From Longimicrobiales bacterium (lineage in GTDB: Bacteria; Gemmatimonadota; Gemmatimonadetes; Longimicrobiales; Gaopeijiaceae), in the NCBI GenBank assembly GCA_965203485.1, contig OZ241892.1:3328001-3392000 (forward strand): DNA of 64,000 nucleotides, in the 5' to 3' direction. The translations under genes and the position numbers were made by a program. The first letter of the stretch is position 1, and each line of letters opens with the position of its first letter. Shown in pieces: positions 18,663 to 27,773 of the stretch. Below the pieces are notes generated by a model, which saw nothing but the letters and a program-made list of their open reading frames with translations, ran no database searches and was not told the origin of the DNA.

Positions 18663-20599
18663 TCACGCGGCTCGACATCTCCATCGGCCCGGTTCAGGGC
18701 TTCGTTAGGCAATCCCGGCGAACTCGCGACCTGTGGGGCAGTTCCTACCTCTTGTCGTTCCTTTCGGCTCACGCGATGCACGGTGCCGAGCGGGCGGGCG
18801 GTCAAATTGTCCGGCCACTGGTGGCAAACGACGACCTCTACAAATGGGTGCAGGGTTCCCGGAGCGGCGAGGCGCCGCAGATCGGCTCTCTTCCAAACCA
18901 CTTTGTGGTCGAAGTCGATGGCGACGCACGTAGCGTGGCCGTTAGCGCGAGGGAAGCCCTCGCAACCGCGTGGCGGCAGGTGCACGAGTCCGTCTGGCGC
19001 AAGTTCGTGAAGCCAGTCGAATCGGCTGGGTTGGGCACGCGTGCCATTTGGGATCGCCAAGTGGATGCTTTCTGGGAGATGGCTTGGACAGCCGGCCCAG
19101 CGGGCGACAAACCGGAGCACCGAGGCATGCTGGCGCGACGGAAGCATTGGCGAATCCACGAGCCGACCGAAGAGCCCGGCGACAAGTGCACGATCATGCA
19201 TGACCTGCAAGAACTCTCGGGCTACGTTCGCGCAAGGGATCGCCGGAGTCAAGATCAGTTTTGGTGCGATCTAGGCACGCAGCTGGGAGCGTTGGATCGT
19301 CGCAACAACGAGCGGCTGTGCGCGGTCGCGTTCGTGAAGAGAATGTTTCCGAAAGTCGCGAAAGACGCACTGGGTTGGGATGTCGACCGATCACGATGGT
19401 CTTCAACTATCTACGTTGCGGCCGTGCCTTGGATCGACCGGGTGGCGACGGCGGCGCTCGAGAAGGCGAAATGTTACGCAAAAATCGTCGATGAACATGC
19501 TCCAAAGGGCGTCTTTGCCGAACAGCCGCTCATAAGGAAGGAGATCGGAAGCTTCGCGCGGTTGGATGCCAACTGGTTTCACGCCGAGTCCGTGAAGGAC
19601 GAGGATCGGTGTCCATTGCCGGACGGTGTCACCAGGGTCGGGGAAGTCCGTGAAGAACTTGCTATAATGCTGAAGACCATTTCCAAGACTAAAGACGAGT
19701 CGGGACGTCGGACTGGGGTTCCATCTCTCTACTATGCGCTCTTGCTCGCCGACGGCGACCGCCTGGGCCAATTGGTGGGGAAGTGCGGGAGTGAGTCGGT
19801 GGGAACAGCGCTGGCTGACTTTACTGGTGCCGTTGAAAGAATCGTGCGAAACCACGACGGCGTTACGATCTACGTCGGAGGTGACGACGTGATGGCAATG
19901 TTGCCGTTGCCGAAGGCCTTTCAATGCGCGGCCGAGTTGGAGAGACGCTACCGCAACGCGTTCCGGGACGGCCAGAAGACAGAGATGGAAGCCACGCTCT
20001 CGGCCGGGGTCGCTCTCGCGCACATTCGGTATCCGCTCAGTGGCGTGATTCGCGAAGCCCATCGCCTTCTCGACGATGTGGCCAAGAACGGCAACGGACG
20101 CGATTCGATGGCTGTCGGCGTCCTAAAACGGGGTGGATTGCACTGTCAGTGGACGACTACCTGGAAGCGTCGAGGAGAAGTTGAGCGGGTCCCTGCCCAG
20201 GCGCTTTTGGACGATTTGGTCGGCATTCTCAAGGATGCCGCACTTGATCCGGGCGTCTCGTCGGGACTCATCTATCGCGTGCGGGAGACGCTCACGATGC
20301 TGTGCGGGTGGGATCGCTGGGAGCCAGGAAAATGGGGTGGTGTGCCCGACGATCTTGACGTGCGGGCGTTTCTTCAAGCCGAAATCGCTCGAAGCTTCGC
20401 CGACCGCCGCGCGTCGGTAAGTGTGCCGAAGATGGTGGATCGAGCTAGACAGGCAAGCAATCTGGTCTACGACTTGCTCAAGCGGTCACGCGCCCCAAGT
20501 CCCGACGGACAGGAAACCGAAACCGTCGAAGTGGGCGTCGACGCTCTTCTGCTTGCACGGTTTCTGGCCGACGGTGGCGACGAAGAGGCGACGCGATGA
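18659..20599 (+). CDS. cas10: Cas10/Cmr2, no HD domain, palm motifs intact
   Basis: ISIGPVQGFVRQSRRTRDLWGSSYLLS at the N-terminus; LLLADGDRLG; YVGGDDV. Confidence 0.95.
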   Translation: MITRLDISIGPVQGFVRQSRRTRDLWGSSYLLSFLSAHAMHGAERAGGQIVRPLVANDDLYKWVQGSRSGEAPQIGSLPNHFVVEVDGDARSVAVSAREALATAWRQVHESVWRKFVKPVESAGLGTRAIWDRQVDAFWEMAWTAGPAGDKPEHRGMLARRKHWRIHEPTEEPGDKCTIMHDLQELSGYVRARDRRSQDQFWCDLGTQLGALDRRNNERLCAVAFVKRMFPKVAKDALGWDVDRSRWSSTIYVAAVPWIDRVATAALEKAKCYAKIVDEHAPKGVFAEQPLIRKEIGSFARLDANWFHAESVKDEDRCPLPDGVTRVGEVREELAIMLKTISKTKDESGRRTGVPSLYYALLLADGDRLGQLVGKCGSESVGTALADFTGAVERIVRNHDGVTIYVGGDDVMAMLPLPKAFQCAAELERRYRNAFRDGQKTEMEATLSAGVALAHIRYPLSGVIREAHRLLDDVAKNGNGRDSMAVGVLKRGGLHCQWTTTWKRRGEVERVPAQALLDDLVGILKDAALDPGVSSGLIYRVRETLTMLCGWDRWEPGKWGGVPDDLDVRAFLQAEIARSFADRRASVSVPKMVDRARQASNLVYDLLKRSRAPSPDGQETETVEVGVDALLLARFLADGGDEEATR

Positions 20600-21732
20600 C
20601 CGGCGCCATCAAGTTCGGCCTTCAACTTCGTCCGTTGGACACGTGGTTCTTTCGCGACGGAACGCCCTTCTCGGCCGACGGGGCGCCGCAAGAAGACGTG
20701 AACAGCCTGTTCCCGCCGCACCCTGCGACCGTGGCAGGCGCCGTTCGGGCTTGGCTTGCCCTCCACAACGGCTGGAACGGCCGGGATCGGTGGTCGCCCG
20801 AGATATGCGAGGTGCTTGGCGACGGCCCGGACGAGCTGGGAAAGGTGTCCTTGGAGTGTCCCTTCATTCTTCGTTGCGGACGGCCGCTGTTCCGGGCGCC
20901 ACGGCACTTGCTTGGCACGACGAGCGCCGTCGGATGGAAGCCGCGCGTCTTGTTGCGCCCCGGCAACCCGGTCCTTTGCGACCTGGGCGATGATGTGCGC
21001 CTTCCCGCGCTCCTCGACGTTGCTTCCGGCTGGACCGACGCGAGACCTGGCGAAGACATCTGGCTCAATGAGGACGGGATGCGCGCCGTGCTGAAGGGAC
21101 GGCTTCCGCGCGACGGGGAAGTCATGCATTCCGAGTGCATCTGGGCCAAGGAGCCGCGCATCGGCCTAGAGAGAGATACAACAACCCGGACCGCCGAGGA
21201 AGGCATGCTTTATAGTTCGAGCCACGTCCGTCCAGGACGCGGCGTGTCGCTCGGCGTACGGATCGCTGGCGTCCCGGATCGCTGGACACGGCCTTTCGGT
21301 TCCCTGGTTCCATTGGGAGGCGAGAGTCGACTTGCGGAAGTCGGCGAGTGGGACGGGAACTTTTCGTTGGCGTCAGGCCAGGATCCCCAAAGACACGTGA
21401 CGCTGGTGGCGTTGTCGCCGCTGGATTTGCCGCAAGACGTCTATCGTGGCCGTGGACGGTTGCCTTTGACGGATTTCGGCGATGCGCTGGTGGTGAGCGC
21501 CTGCCTTGGCCGTCCGCAACGCGTCGGCGGTTGGGATTCGCGGAAGCGACGACCGGTGCCCATGAAGTCCGTCCTGGCCCCCGGTAGCGTGCTGTTCTGC
21601 GAATTGCCAGCAACGCCCGCGGAGGATAGCCTGCCGAGCGACGGCCTGATGCGCGTCGGCGCCCGCCAGGAGTGGGGGTTCGGACTGGTGGCTGTCGGCC
21701 GCTGGCCATGCACAGAGGAGATGAACCCATGA
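20596..21732 (+). CDS. cmr3: Type III-B Cmr3 (Cas5 group)
   Basis: LRPLDTWFFRDGTPF, LGGESR, GGWD, APGSV, WGFG. Confidence 0.93.
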   Translation: MTGAIKFGLQLRPLDTWFFRDGTPFSADGAPQEDVNSLFPPHPATVAGAVRAWLALHNGWNGRDRWSPEICEVLGDGPDELGKVSLECPFILRCGRPLFRAPRHLLGTTSAVGWKPRVLLRPGNPVLCDLGDDVRLPALLDVASGWTDARPGEDIWLNEDGMRAVLKGRLPRDGEVMHSECIWAKEPRIGLERDTTTRTAEEGMLYSSSHVRPGRGVSLGVRIAGVPDRWTRPFGSLVPLGGESRLAEVGEWDGNFSLASGQDPQRHVTLVALSPLDLPQDVYRGRGRLPLTDFGDALVVSACLGRPQRVGGWDSRKRRPVPMKSVLAPGSVLFCELPATPAEDSLPSDGLMRVGARQEWGFGLVAVGRWPCTEEMNP

Positions 21733-22571
21733 AAACAGCCATGCTCGGTTTTCTGGCCGAGACGCCGGTACACCCCGGCACAGGACGCGGGATGGGCGTC
21801 GTGGATCTACCAGTAGCTCGCGAGGCCGCCACCGACTATCCGGTCATCGTCGGGTCGAGCCTCAAGGGTGCTCTGCGGGACAAGGAGCAACGGCGGGGTC
21901 AAGACGAGAAGTCCGAGCGACTCTTCGGGAAGGCGGACCAAGCCGGCGACCTCATCATCTCTGACGGCAGGTTGCTGTTGCTTCCGGTTCGCAGCTTGAC
22001 GTCCGCCTACTGCTGGGCGACATGCCCGCACCTGCTGGAACGCTACCGGCGCGATTTAAGGCGTGCGGGTCTGATGTCGCGTGCGGGTCTGATGTCGAAG
22101 TTGATGCTTCCCAACATGGAAAGCAACTTGGACGTCTTGGCCGCCGCCGACGGCGAGCACCTGTTCCTTGAAGAACGACAGTTTTCCATCAAGGGCCAGC
22201 CGCCAGACGAGTTGGTCGAAGCACTCGAGCCGCTCATGCTTCACGAAGAGACCGCACAGCGACTACATAAGCAGTTGGTTGTCCTGCACGACGACGCCTT
22301 CGCATGGTTCGCCAGATATGGCCTCGCCATACAGGCGCGCAATGTCCTAGACGAGAAGAAGAGGAGCAAGAATCTGTGGTATGAAGAGACGTTGCCACCG
22401 GACACGCTGATGTATGCTCTGGTGGCTAGCCGCAACGGAACGCCAACCAACGACCTCAAGCCGATTTTTCGGATGAATGACCCGTATCTCCAAGTTGGTG
22501 GCAACGAAACTGTTGGGCACGGCTGGTTTGTGGTCACGGTGCACCCTGCTGACGACGGAGGCAATCAATGA
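21729..22571 (+). CDS. cmr4: Type III-B Cmr4 (Cas7, target-RNA cleavage)
   Basis: ETPVHPGTG, VDLPVARE (catalytic Asp position), GSSLKGALR, LQVGGNETVGHG. Confidence 0.95.
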   Translation: MKTAMLGFLAETPVHPGTGRGMGVVDLPVAREAATDYPVIVGSSLKGALRDKEQRRGQDEKSERLFGKADQAGDLIISDGRLLLLPVRSLTSAYCWATCPHLLERYRRDLRRAGLMSRAGLMSKLMLPNMESNLDVLAAADGEHLFLEERQFSIKGQPPDELVEALEPLMLHEETAQRLHKQLVVLHDDAFAWFARYGLAIQARNVLDEKKRSKNLWYEETLPPDTLMYALVASRNGTPTNDLKPIFRMNDPYLQVGGNETVGHGWFVVTVHPADDGGNQ

Positions 22572-22948
22572 GGACGTATGAACAAAAAAGAGCAACAGAC
22601 GCGCTGACACGCGTTGAACAGATCGATAAGTCTGAGAACAGTGAAAAAAAGAAAAACTACCGAGCTTACGTAGATCGGCTTGGACCCACGATCGTTGTAA
22701 ACGGCTTGGGCCAGGCGCTCGCATCGGAACTCGCCGCGGATGACCCGTTGCACAAGAAGCTATATAAGAATCTGAAAGGTTGGCTTTGTAGAGACAACGG
22801 CGTATATCCGAAGGATAAGGACCTTCTCCGTGCTATAATGGAACATGACGAATCAAAGTACCTTCGCGCTCAGGCGGAGGCGTTGGCATGGTTGGAATGG
22901 CACAAGAAGTTCTGCCGAGCCAAGTTCCCCAAAGGCGAGGACGATTGA
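22568..22948 (+). CDS. cmr5: Type III-B Cmr5 (small subunit)
   Basis: YRAYVDRLGPTIVVNGLGQALA; EALAWLEWHKKF. Confidence 0.92.
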   Translation: MRTYEQKRATDALTRVEQIDKSENSEKKKNYRAYVDRLGPTIVVNGLGQALASELAADDPLHKKLYKNLKGWLCRDNGVYPKDKDLLRAIMEHDESKYLRAQAEALAWLEWHKKFCRAKFPKGEDD

Positions 22949-22949
22949 G

Positions 22950-24029
22950 GTGGTTCGGCCGCTCTATCGCATCCTGGACGAAGGTGCTCCACCTCGGGTA
23001 CAGCAGGGACATGCGGGTTTGTGGTTCGACAAGTTCTGCGACAAATGGCAAGTGCGGTCCCAATGGGAGATGGGTCAGAACAAGCTGAAGTGGATTGTCG
23101 AATTGACGAAGGAAAAGGTTGGCGGATCATGTCGGGAGAATGCCCATCGGTTGATGAGACTAGCGCAGGCCGCAGGCGGGTGCGCCCAAATCTTCACGAC
23201 GGAATCCCGCTTCGTGACTGGATTAGGGCGCAGTCATCCCGTCGAAAACGGCTTTGCATGGCACCCGACAATGGGCACGCCTTTTCTTCCGGGAAGCTCG
23301 GTCAAGGGGATGATTAGAGCGTGGGCCGAGGCGGAACAGGTGCCCCCATCCGCGTATGAAGGATTGCTCGGATCGGCGGGATCAGTGGGCCGCGTAATCT
23401 TCTTGGACGCGATTCCCACAGAACCGGTGTCGCTGGAAGCCGATGTGATGACGCCCCATTTCGGAGGATGGGACGAGAGCAATCCGCCTGGCGATTGGCG
23501 GTCACCCAAGCCTATCCCGTTCTTGGTTGCGGCGGTTGGGACGCCTTTTCTTTTCTGCCTCGTCCCGACTCCGACGACGAAGGATGACGAGCTAGCCGTC
23601 GCGTCACGGTGGTTGCACGATGCGCTTGCTTGGGCCGGAGCAGGAGCGAAGACGGCCGTGGGCTATGGACGGATGACGCGGGACGAGGAGCGTGAGGGCG
23701 ACCTTCGCAACGAACTCAAGGAACGCGAGGTGGGGGTACGGAGACAACGGGAAAAAGAAGGCCGCTTGGCGGCAATGAGTCCGCTCGAACGAGAGATCGA
23801 TCAAATCCTGACGAACCGGGACGACAAGGGCGTGCCAAGCAGCACGGTCATCTTCAAAGAAATCAAGCGCGGTCGCTGGCAAGGCGACGACAAGAAGGCG
23901 GCGGCGATGCGGTTGGAAACGATGATGAAGGAGGAGAAGAAATGGAGGCCGAAGAGCCAGAAGAAGCGTCCCGAGAAGGACACGGCCCACCGGAGGACCG
24001 GTCGCATTCAGGAATGGCTGAACGAATGA
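22950..24029 (+). CDS. cmr6: Type III-B Cmr6
   Basis: FVTGLG...ENG, PFLPGSSVKG, DVMTPH, PKPIPFL, GAGAKTAVGYG; charged C-terminal extension. Confidence 0.93.
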   Translation: MVRPLYRILDEGAPPRVQQGHAGLWFDKFCDKWQVRSQWEMGQNKLKWIVELTKEKVGGSCRENAHRLMRLAQAAGGCAQIFTTESRFVTGLGRSHPVENGFAWHPTMGTPFLPGSSVKGMIRAWAEAEQVPPSAYEGLLGSAGSVGRVIFLDAIPTEPVSLEADVMTPHFGGWDESNPPGDWRSPKPIPFLVAAVGTPFLFCLVPTPTTKDDELAVASRWLHDALAWAGAGAKTAVGYGRMTRDEEREGDLRNELKEREVGVRRQREKEGRLAAMSPLEREIDQILTNRDDKGVPSSTVIFKEIKRGRWQGDDKKAAAMRLETMMKEEKKWRPKSQKKRPEKDTAHRRTGRIQEWLNE

Positions 24030-24110
24030 GTCGGGCAGTCCGCATGGTGAAGCCAAATGGCCAAGAAGTCTCTTAGCTGGCCCGCAAGTTCCACGGCGAC
24101 CTCAGGCCCC

Positions 24111-25745
24111 ATGCGCTTCTTCAACACCACGGGCCCCGTAGTCGCGGCGGACCACTACCATATTCCGCCTCTCGAGCGCTGGGACTTGGCGGAAATCCGC
24201 AGGCTCATCGCCGAGAAGCGCTACTTCGTGCTTCACGCGCCGCGCCAGACGGGCAAGACCTCTTCGTTGCTGGCCCTGCGCGACCTGCTGAACTCGGAGG
24301 GCGGCCACCGGTGCGTCTACGTCAACGTGGAAGGGGCGCAGGCGGCGCGGGAGGATGTGGGCCGGGTCGTTCGCACGGTGCTGTCTGAGACGGCGTCCCG
24401 GGCAAGCGACGCGTGGGGCGACGAGCACCTGGAGAACATTTGGCCGGACGTGTTGGAGCGTCGCGGTCCGGACAGTGCGTTGCGAGTGGCCTTGACGCTC
24501 TGGGCGCGGGCCGAGCCGAAGCCGCTGGTGCTGCTGGTCGACGAGATCGACGCCCTGGTGGGAGATTCGTTGCTGTCGGTATTGCGCCAGTTGAGGGCGG
24601 GGTACGACATGCGGCCGGCGGGGTTTCCGCAGAGCGTGGTGTTGTGCGGGGTGCGCGACGTGCGGGACTTCCGCATCCACTCGGGTTCGGCGAACATGCT
24701 GGTGGCCGGCGGCAGCGCGTTCAACGTGAAGGCGGCGTCGTTGCGGCTGGGCGACTTCAGCGAGGAGGACGTCCGGGCCTTGCTGGGACAGCACGCGGAG
24801 GAGACGGGACAAGCGTTCACGGACGGGGCGCTGGAGACGGCGTGGGCCCAGACGCGCGGCCAGCCCTGGCTGGTCAACGCGCTGGCGTACGAGGCGTGCT
24901 TTCGCGGCCCGGAGGCCCGAGATCGTTCGCGGCCGGTCGGCGAGCCGGACGTATGGGCGGCCAGGGAGGCGCTGATCCTGCGGCGCGACACGCACTTGGA
25001 CCAGCTGGCCGACAAGTTGCAGGAGGAACGGGTGCGGCGGGTGATCGAGCCGCTGCTGGCGGGCGGCGGTCCCAAGGAATTCGGGCCGCCGGACCTGGAG
25101 TACGTGCAGGACCTGGGGCTGGTGGCGCGCGACCTGCCGGTCCGCATCGCGAACCCGATCTACGCGGAGGTGGTGCCGCGGGAGCTCAGCTGGGGCCCTC
25201 AGACGCACTTGGAGCAAGACCCGGCTTGGTACGTGGACGCGGACGGCGGGCTCGACCTGGACAAGCTTCTGGCGGCGTTCCAGGAATTCTTCCGCGAGCA
25301 TTCGGAGCACTGGGTGGAGCGGTTCCAGTACAAGGAGGCGGGACCGCAACTGCTCTTGCAAGCGTTTCTGCAACGGGTGGTGAACAGCGGGGGGCGCATC
25401 GAGCGGGAGTACGGTTTGGGCCGGCGGCGGACGGACCTGCTGGTGATCTGGCCCCGGAGCGCGGGTCGTTCGGGGGACGGGGAGAGGCCGCGGGAGGGGG
25501 TCGGCGGGCTGATCGGAGACGGTTCCCAGAAGTTCGTCGTCGAATGCAAGGTCTTGAGCAAGAGCTTGGAGCGGACGGTCGCGGAGGGAGTGGAGCAAAC
25601 GGCGGCGTACATGGACGGATGCGGCGCCGAGGCCGGGCACTTGGTGGTGTTCGACCGCCGGGCGGGGCGAAGCTGGGACGAGAGAGTGTTCGGATTCAGC
25701 CGCAGGGCCGAGAGCGGCGCCGAGATTCGGGTCTGGGGGATGTGA
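24111..25745 (+). CDS. AAA-like ATPase with C-terminal PD-(D/E)XK nuclease-like domain
   Basis: MRFFNTTGP, Walker A APRQTGKT, Walker B LLVDEID; C-terminal REY...RTDL...VECK...QTAAY. Confidence 0.82.
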   Translation: MRFFNTTGPVVAADHYHIPPLERWDLAEIRRLIAEKRYFVLHAPRQTGKTSSLLALRDLLNSEGGHRCVYVNVEGAQAAREDVGRVVRTVLSETASRASDAWGDEHLENIWPDVLERRGPDSALRVALTLWARAEPKPLVLLVDEIDALVGDSLLSVLRQLRAGYDMRPAGFPQSVVLCGVRDVRDFRIHSGSANMLVAGGSAFNVKAASLRLGDFSEEDVRALLGQHAEETGQAFTDGALETAWAQTRGQPWLVNALAYEACFRGPEARDRSRPVGEPDVWAAREALILRRDTHLDQLADKLQEERVRRVIEPLLAGGGPKEFGPPDLEYVQDLGLVARDLPVRIANPIYAEVVPRELSWGPQTHLEQDPAWYVDADGGLDLDKLLAAFQEFFREHSEHWVERFQYKEAGPQLLLQAFLQRVVNSGGRIEREYGLGRRRTDLLVIWPRSAGRSGDGERPREGVGGLIGDGSQKFVVECKVLSKSLERTVAEGVEQTAAYMDGCGAEAGHLVVFDRRAGRSWDERVFGFSRRAESGAEIRVWGM

Positions 25746-25904
25746 TGCGACGCTTGAAGAGGTCAAGGTTGAGCCCCCCACGCGTAGTGGAGCGGACCCC
25801 TGCTCCGGAGTGACACTTCGGCGACGGGCGAACCGCATCCGAGGTAGCCGAACTGCAGGACGCTGACGATGCTCGGGCGGCGTCGCGGATCGACCGCGGA
25901 CCGT

Positions 25905-25942
25905 GGACAGATTGATGGGGGAATCTGTCCGAGAATCTGTCA
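25905..25942 (-). repeat. 38-bp palindromic element, copy 2 (inverted relative to copy 1)
   Basis: Reverse complement reads TGACAGATTCTCGGACAGATTCCCCCATCAATCTGTCC; 3 mismatches to 15267-15304. Confidence 0.85.
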
Positions 25943-26113
25943 TGGATCGACGCGGTCCCCTGGGTGGTCCGGCCCCGTCGCGGCACTTCTCGGCGGGGGC
26001 GCAAGTGCTTCCATCTGCCCGAGAGCTGATCAGTACGTTAAACCTTGCTGTTTTCTCTTTCTTACCATCTTATTTTGAGATCGTTCTCCCCCAACACGAC
26101 GGAGCACCAAGCA

Positions 26114-27676
26114 ATGGCCTGCCAGGTCCCTGACCGGCCGTCAACCACCACGCCTCAAGCATCCGCATCCGCGACGCCCGCGAAGGCCGCCGTCGCATTG
26201 GCCGCGGCACCCGAGGCGTTCGTGTCCACCAGAGCCGTCAGCCGCGCCGTCTGGCGGGCTGTCCAGGGCGGCAAGCTGCGGAAGCTCGGCTCCCGCCTCT
26301 ACACCAAGAACTTGACCGATCCGCCCGAGGTCGTCGTGCGCCGCAACCTCTGGGCCATCGTCGCGGGATACTTTCCCGGCGCGGTCGTCGCCGACCGCAC
26401 GGCGTTCGAGGTCGGCCCCGCCTCGGACGGCTCCGTCTGCGTCGTCGCCGCGCGGGGGCGGAACATCGAGTTGCCGGGGGTCGTCCTCCGTCCTCGCCGG
26501 GGCGCGGGGCCGATCGAGCTGGACCGGCCGTTCATGGACGGCCTCCACTTGAGCTCGCGGGCGCGGGCGTTCTTGGACAACATGCGGTCCAGCCGGGCGA
26601 GAGGCGGGCGCGTGCCGCGGACCCTGTCCCGCCGAGAGATCGAAGAGCGCCTGGACGCCCTGATTTCCCTGTCGGGCGAAGCGGCGGCCAATCGACTGCG
26701 CGACCAAGTGCGGATCGCGGCGGCGTCCTTGGACATGCACGACGAAGCGGCGGCTCTGGACGACTTGATCGGCGCGCTCCTGGGTACCCGCCGAGCCCGG
26801 CTCGCGTCCCCCGCGGCCCGGGCACGCAGGCGAGGCCGTCCCTTCGACGCCCGCCGGGCCACCCTCTTCGAAGCGTTGCATCGCGCTCTTCGGGACTACC
26901 CGCCGCGGGTCGTCCCCGCACCGCCGCGCAACCCCGTCGCCCGAAAGACGCTGGCCTTCTTCGAGGCGTACTTCTCGAACTTCATCGAAGGCACCGAGTT
27001 CAGCGTCGAAGAAGCGGCCGGCATCGTGTTCGAAGGCAACGTCCCGGCGGAACGCCCGGCGGACGCCCACGACGTGGCGGGCACGTGGCGCTTGGTGTCC
27101 GACGACGCCGAGATGGTCCGGACCCCGGACAGCGTCCGCAGCCTCGAAGCGCTGCTCCGGTCGCGCCACCGAACGATCATGGGCGCGCGGCCCGACACGC
27201 GGCCCGGCGAGTTCAAGTCCGTGCCCAACCGAGCCGGGGCGACGGTCTTCGTGGCTCCCGAGCTCGTGCGCGGGACGCTGGAGCAGGGCTTCGGACATTG
27301 GCGGAGCCTGGAGACGCCCTTCCAGCGCGCCGTCTTCGCGATGTTCCTCGTGACCGAGGTCCACCCCTTCGCGGACGGCAACGGACGAGTGGCCCGCGTC
27401 ATGATGAACGCGGAACTGGTGGCCGCCGGAGAACACCGCATCCTGGTGCCCACGGTCTTCCGCGCCAACTACCTCGCGGCGCTCCGGGCCCTGTCGCGCA
27501 CGGACCGCCCGGAACCCCTCGTCCAGGCGATCGACTACGCCTGGCGCTGGACGGCCCAGGTCCCGTGGCGCTCGCTGGACGAGACGCGCCGGGAACTCGA
27601 GGAGCGCCACGCCTTCCTGGACCCGGACGAGGCCGAAGCCGAGGGGAAGCGGCTGCGGATGCCCGGCGGCCCTTGA
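26114..27676 (+). CDS. Fic family protein with long N-terminal region
   Basis: YFSNFIEG and the canonical HPFADGNGRVAR motif. Confidence 0.9.
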   Translation: MACQVPDRPSTTTPQASASATPAKAAVALAAAPEAFVSTRAVSRAVWRAVQGGKLRKLGSRLYTKNLTDPPEVVVRRNLWAIVAGYFPGAVVADRTAFEVGPASDGSVCVVAARGRNIELPGVVLRPRRGAGPIELDRPFMDGLHLSSRARAFLDNMRSSRARGGRVPRTLSRREIEERLDALISLSGEAAANRLRDQVRIAAASLDMHDEAAALDDLIGALLGTRRARLASPAARARRRGRPFDARRATLFEALHRALRDYPPRVVPAPPRNPVARKTLAFFEAYFSNFIEGTEFSVEEAAGIVFEGNVPAERPADAHDVAGTWRLVSDDAEMVRTPDSVRSLEALLRSRHRTIMGARPDTRPGEFKSVPNRAGATVFVAPELVRGTLEQGFGHWRSLETPFQRAVFAMFLVTEVHPFADGNGRVARVMMNAELVAAGEHRILVPTVFRANYLAALRALSRTDRPEPLVQAIDYAWRWTAQVPWRSLDETRRELEERHAFLDPDEAEAEGKRLRMPGGP

Positions 27677-27773
27677 TTCCGGGCGCCGGTTGCGTACCTT
27701 GATCGTGCCCTTCCCGACATCCCGCCCCATCCACTGGAGGATCGGGCTCTTTGCATCAGGCCTGGCTGAACGG

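Noticed and set aside
25746..25900. Possible IS-end remnant after the AAA gene
   Set aside because: Only a vague resemblance; no partner end or transposase found.
15267..25942. CRISPR-associated transposon (Tn7-like) interpretation of the inverted repeats
   Set aside because: No tnsB/tnsC/tniQ, no TGT...ACA ends and no target-site duplication visible.
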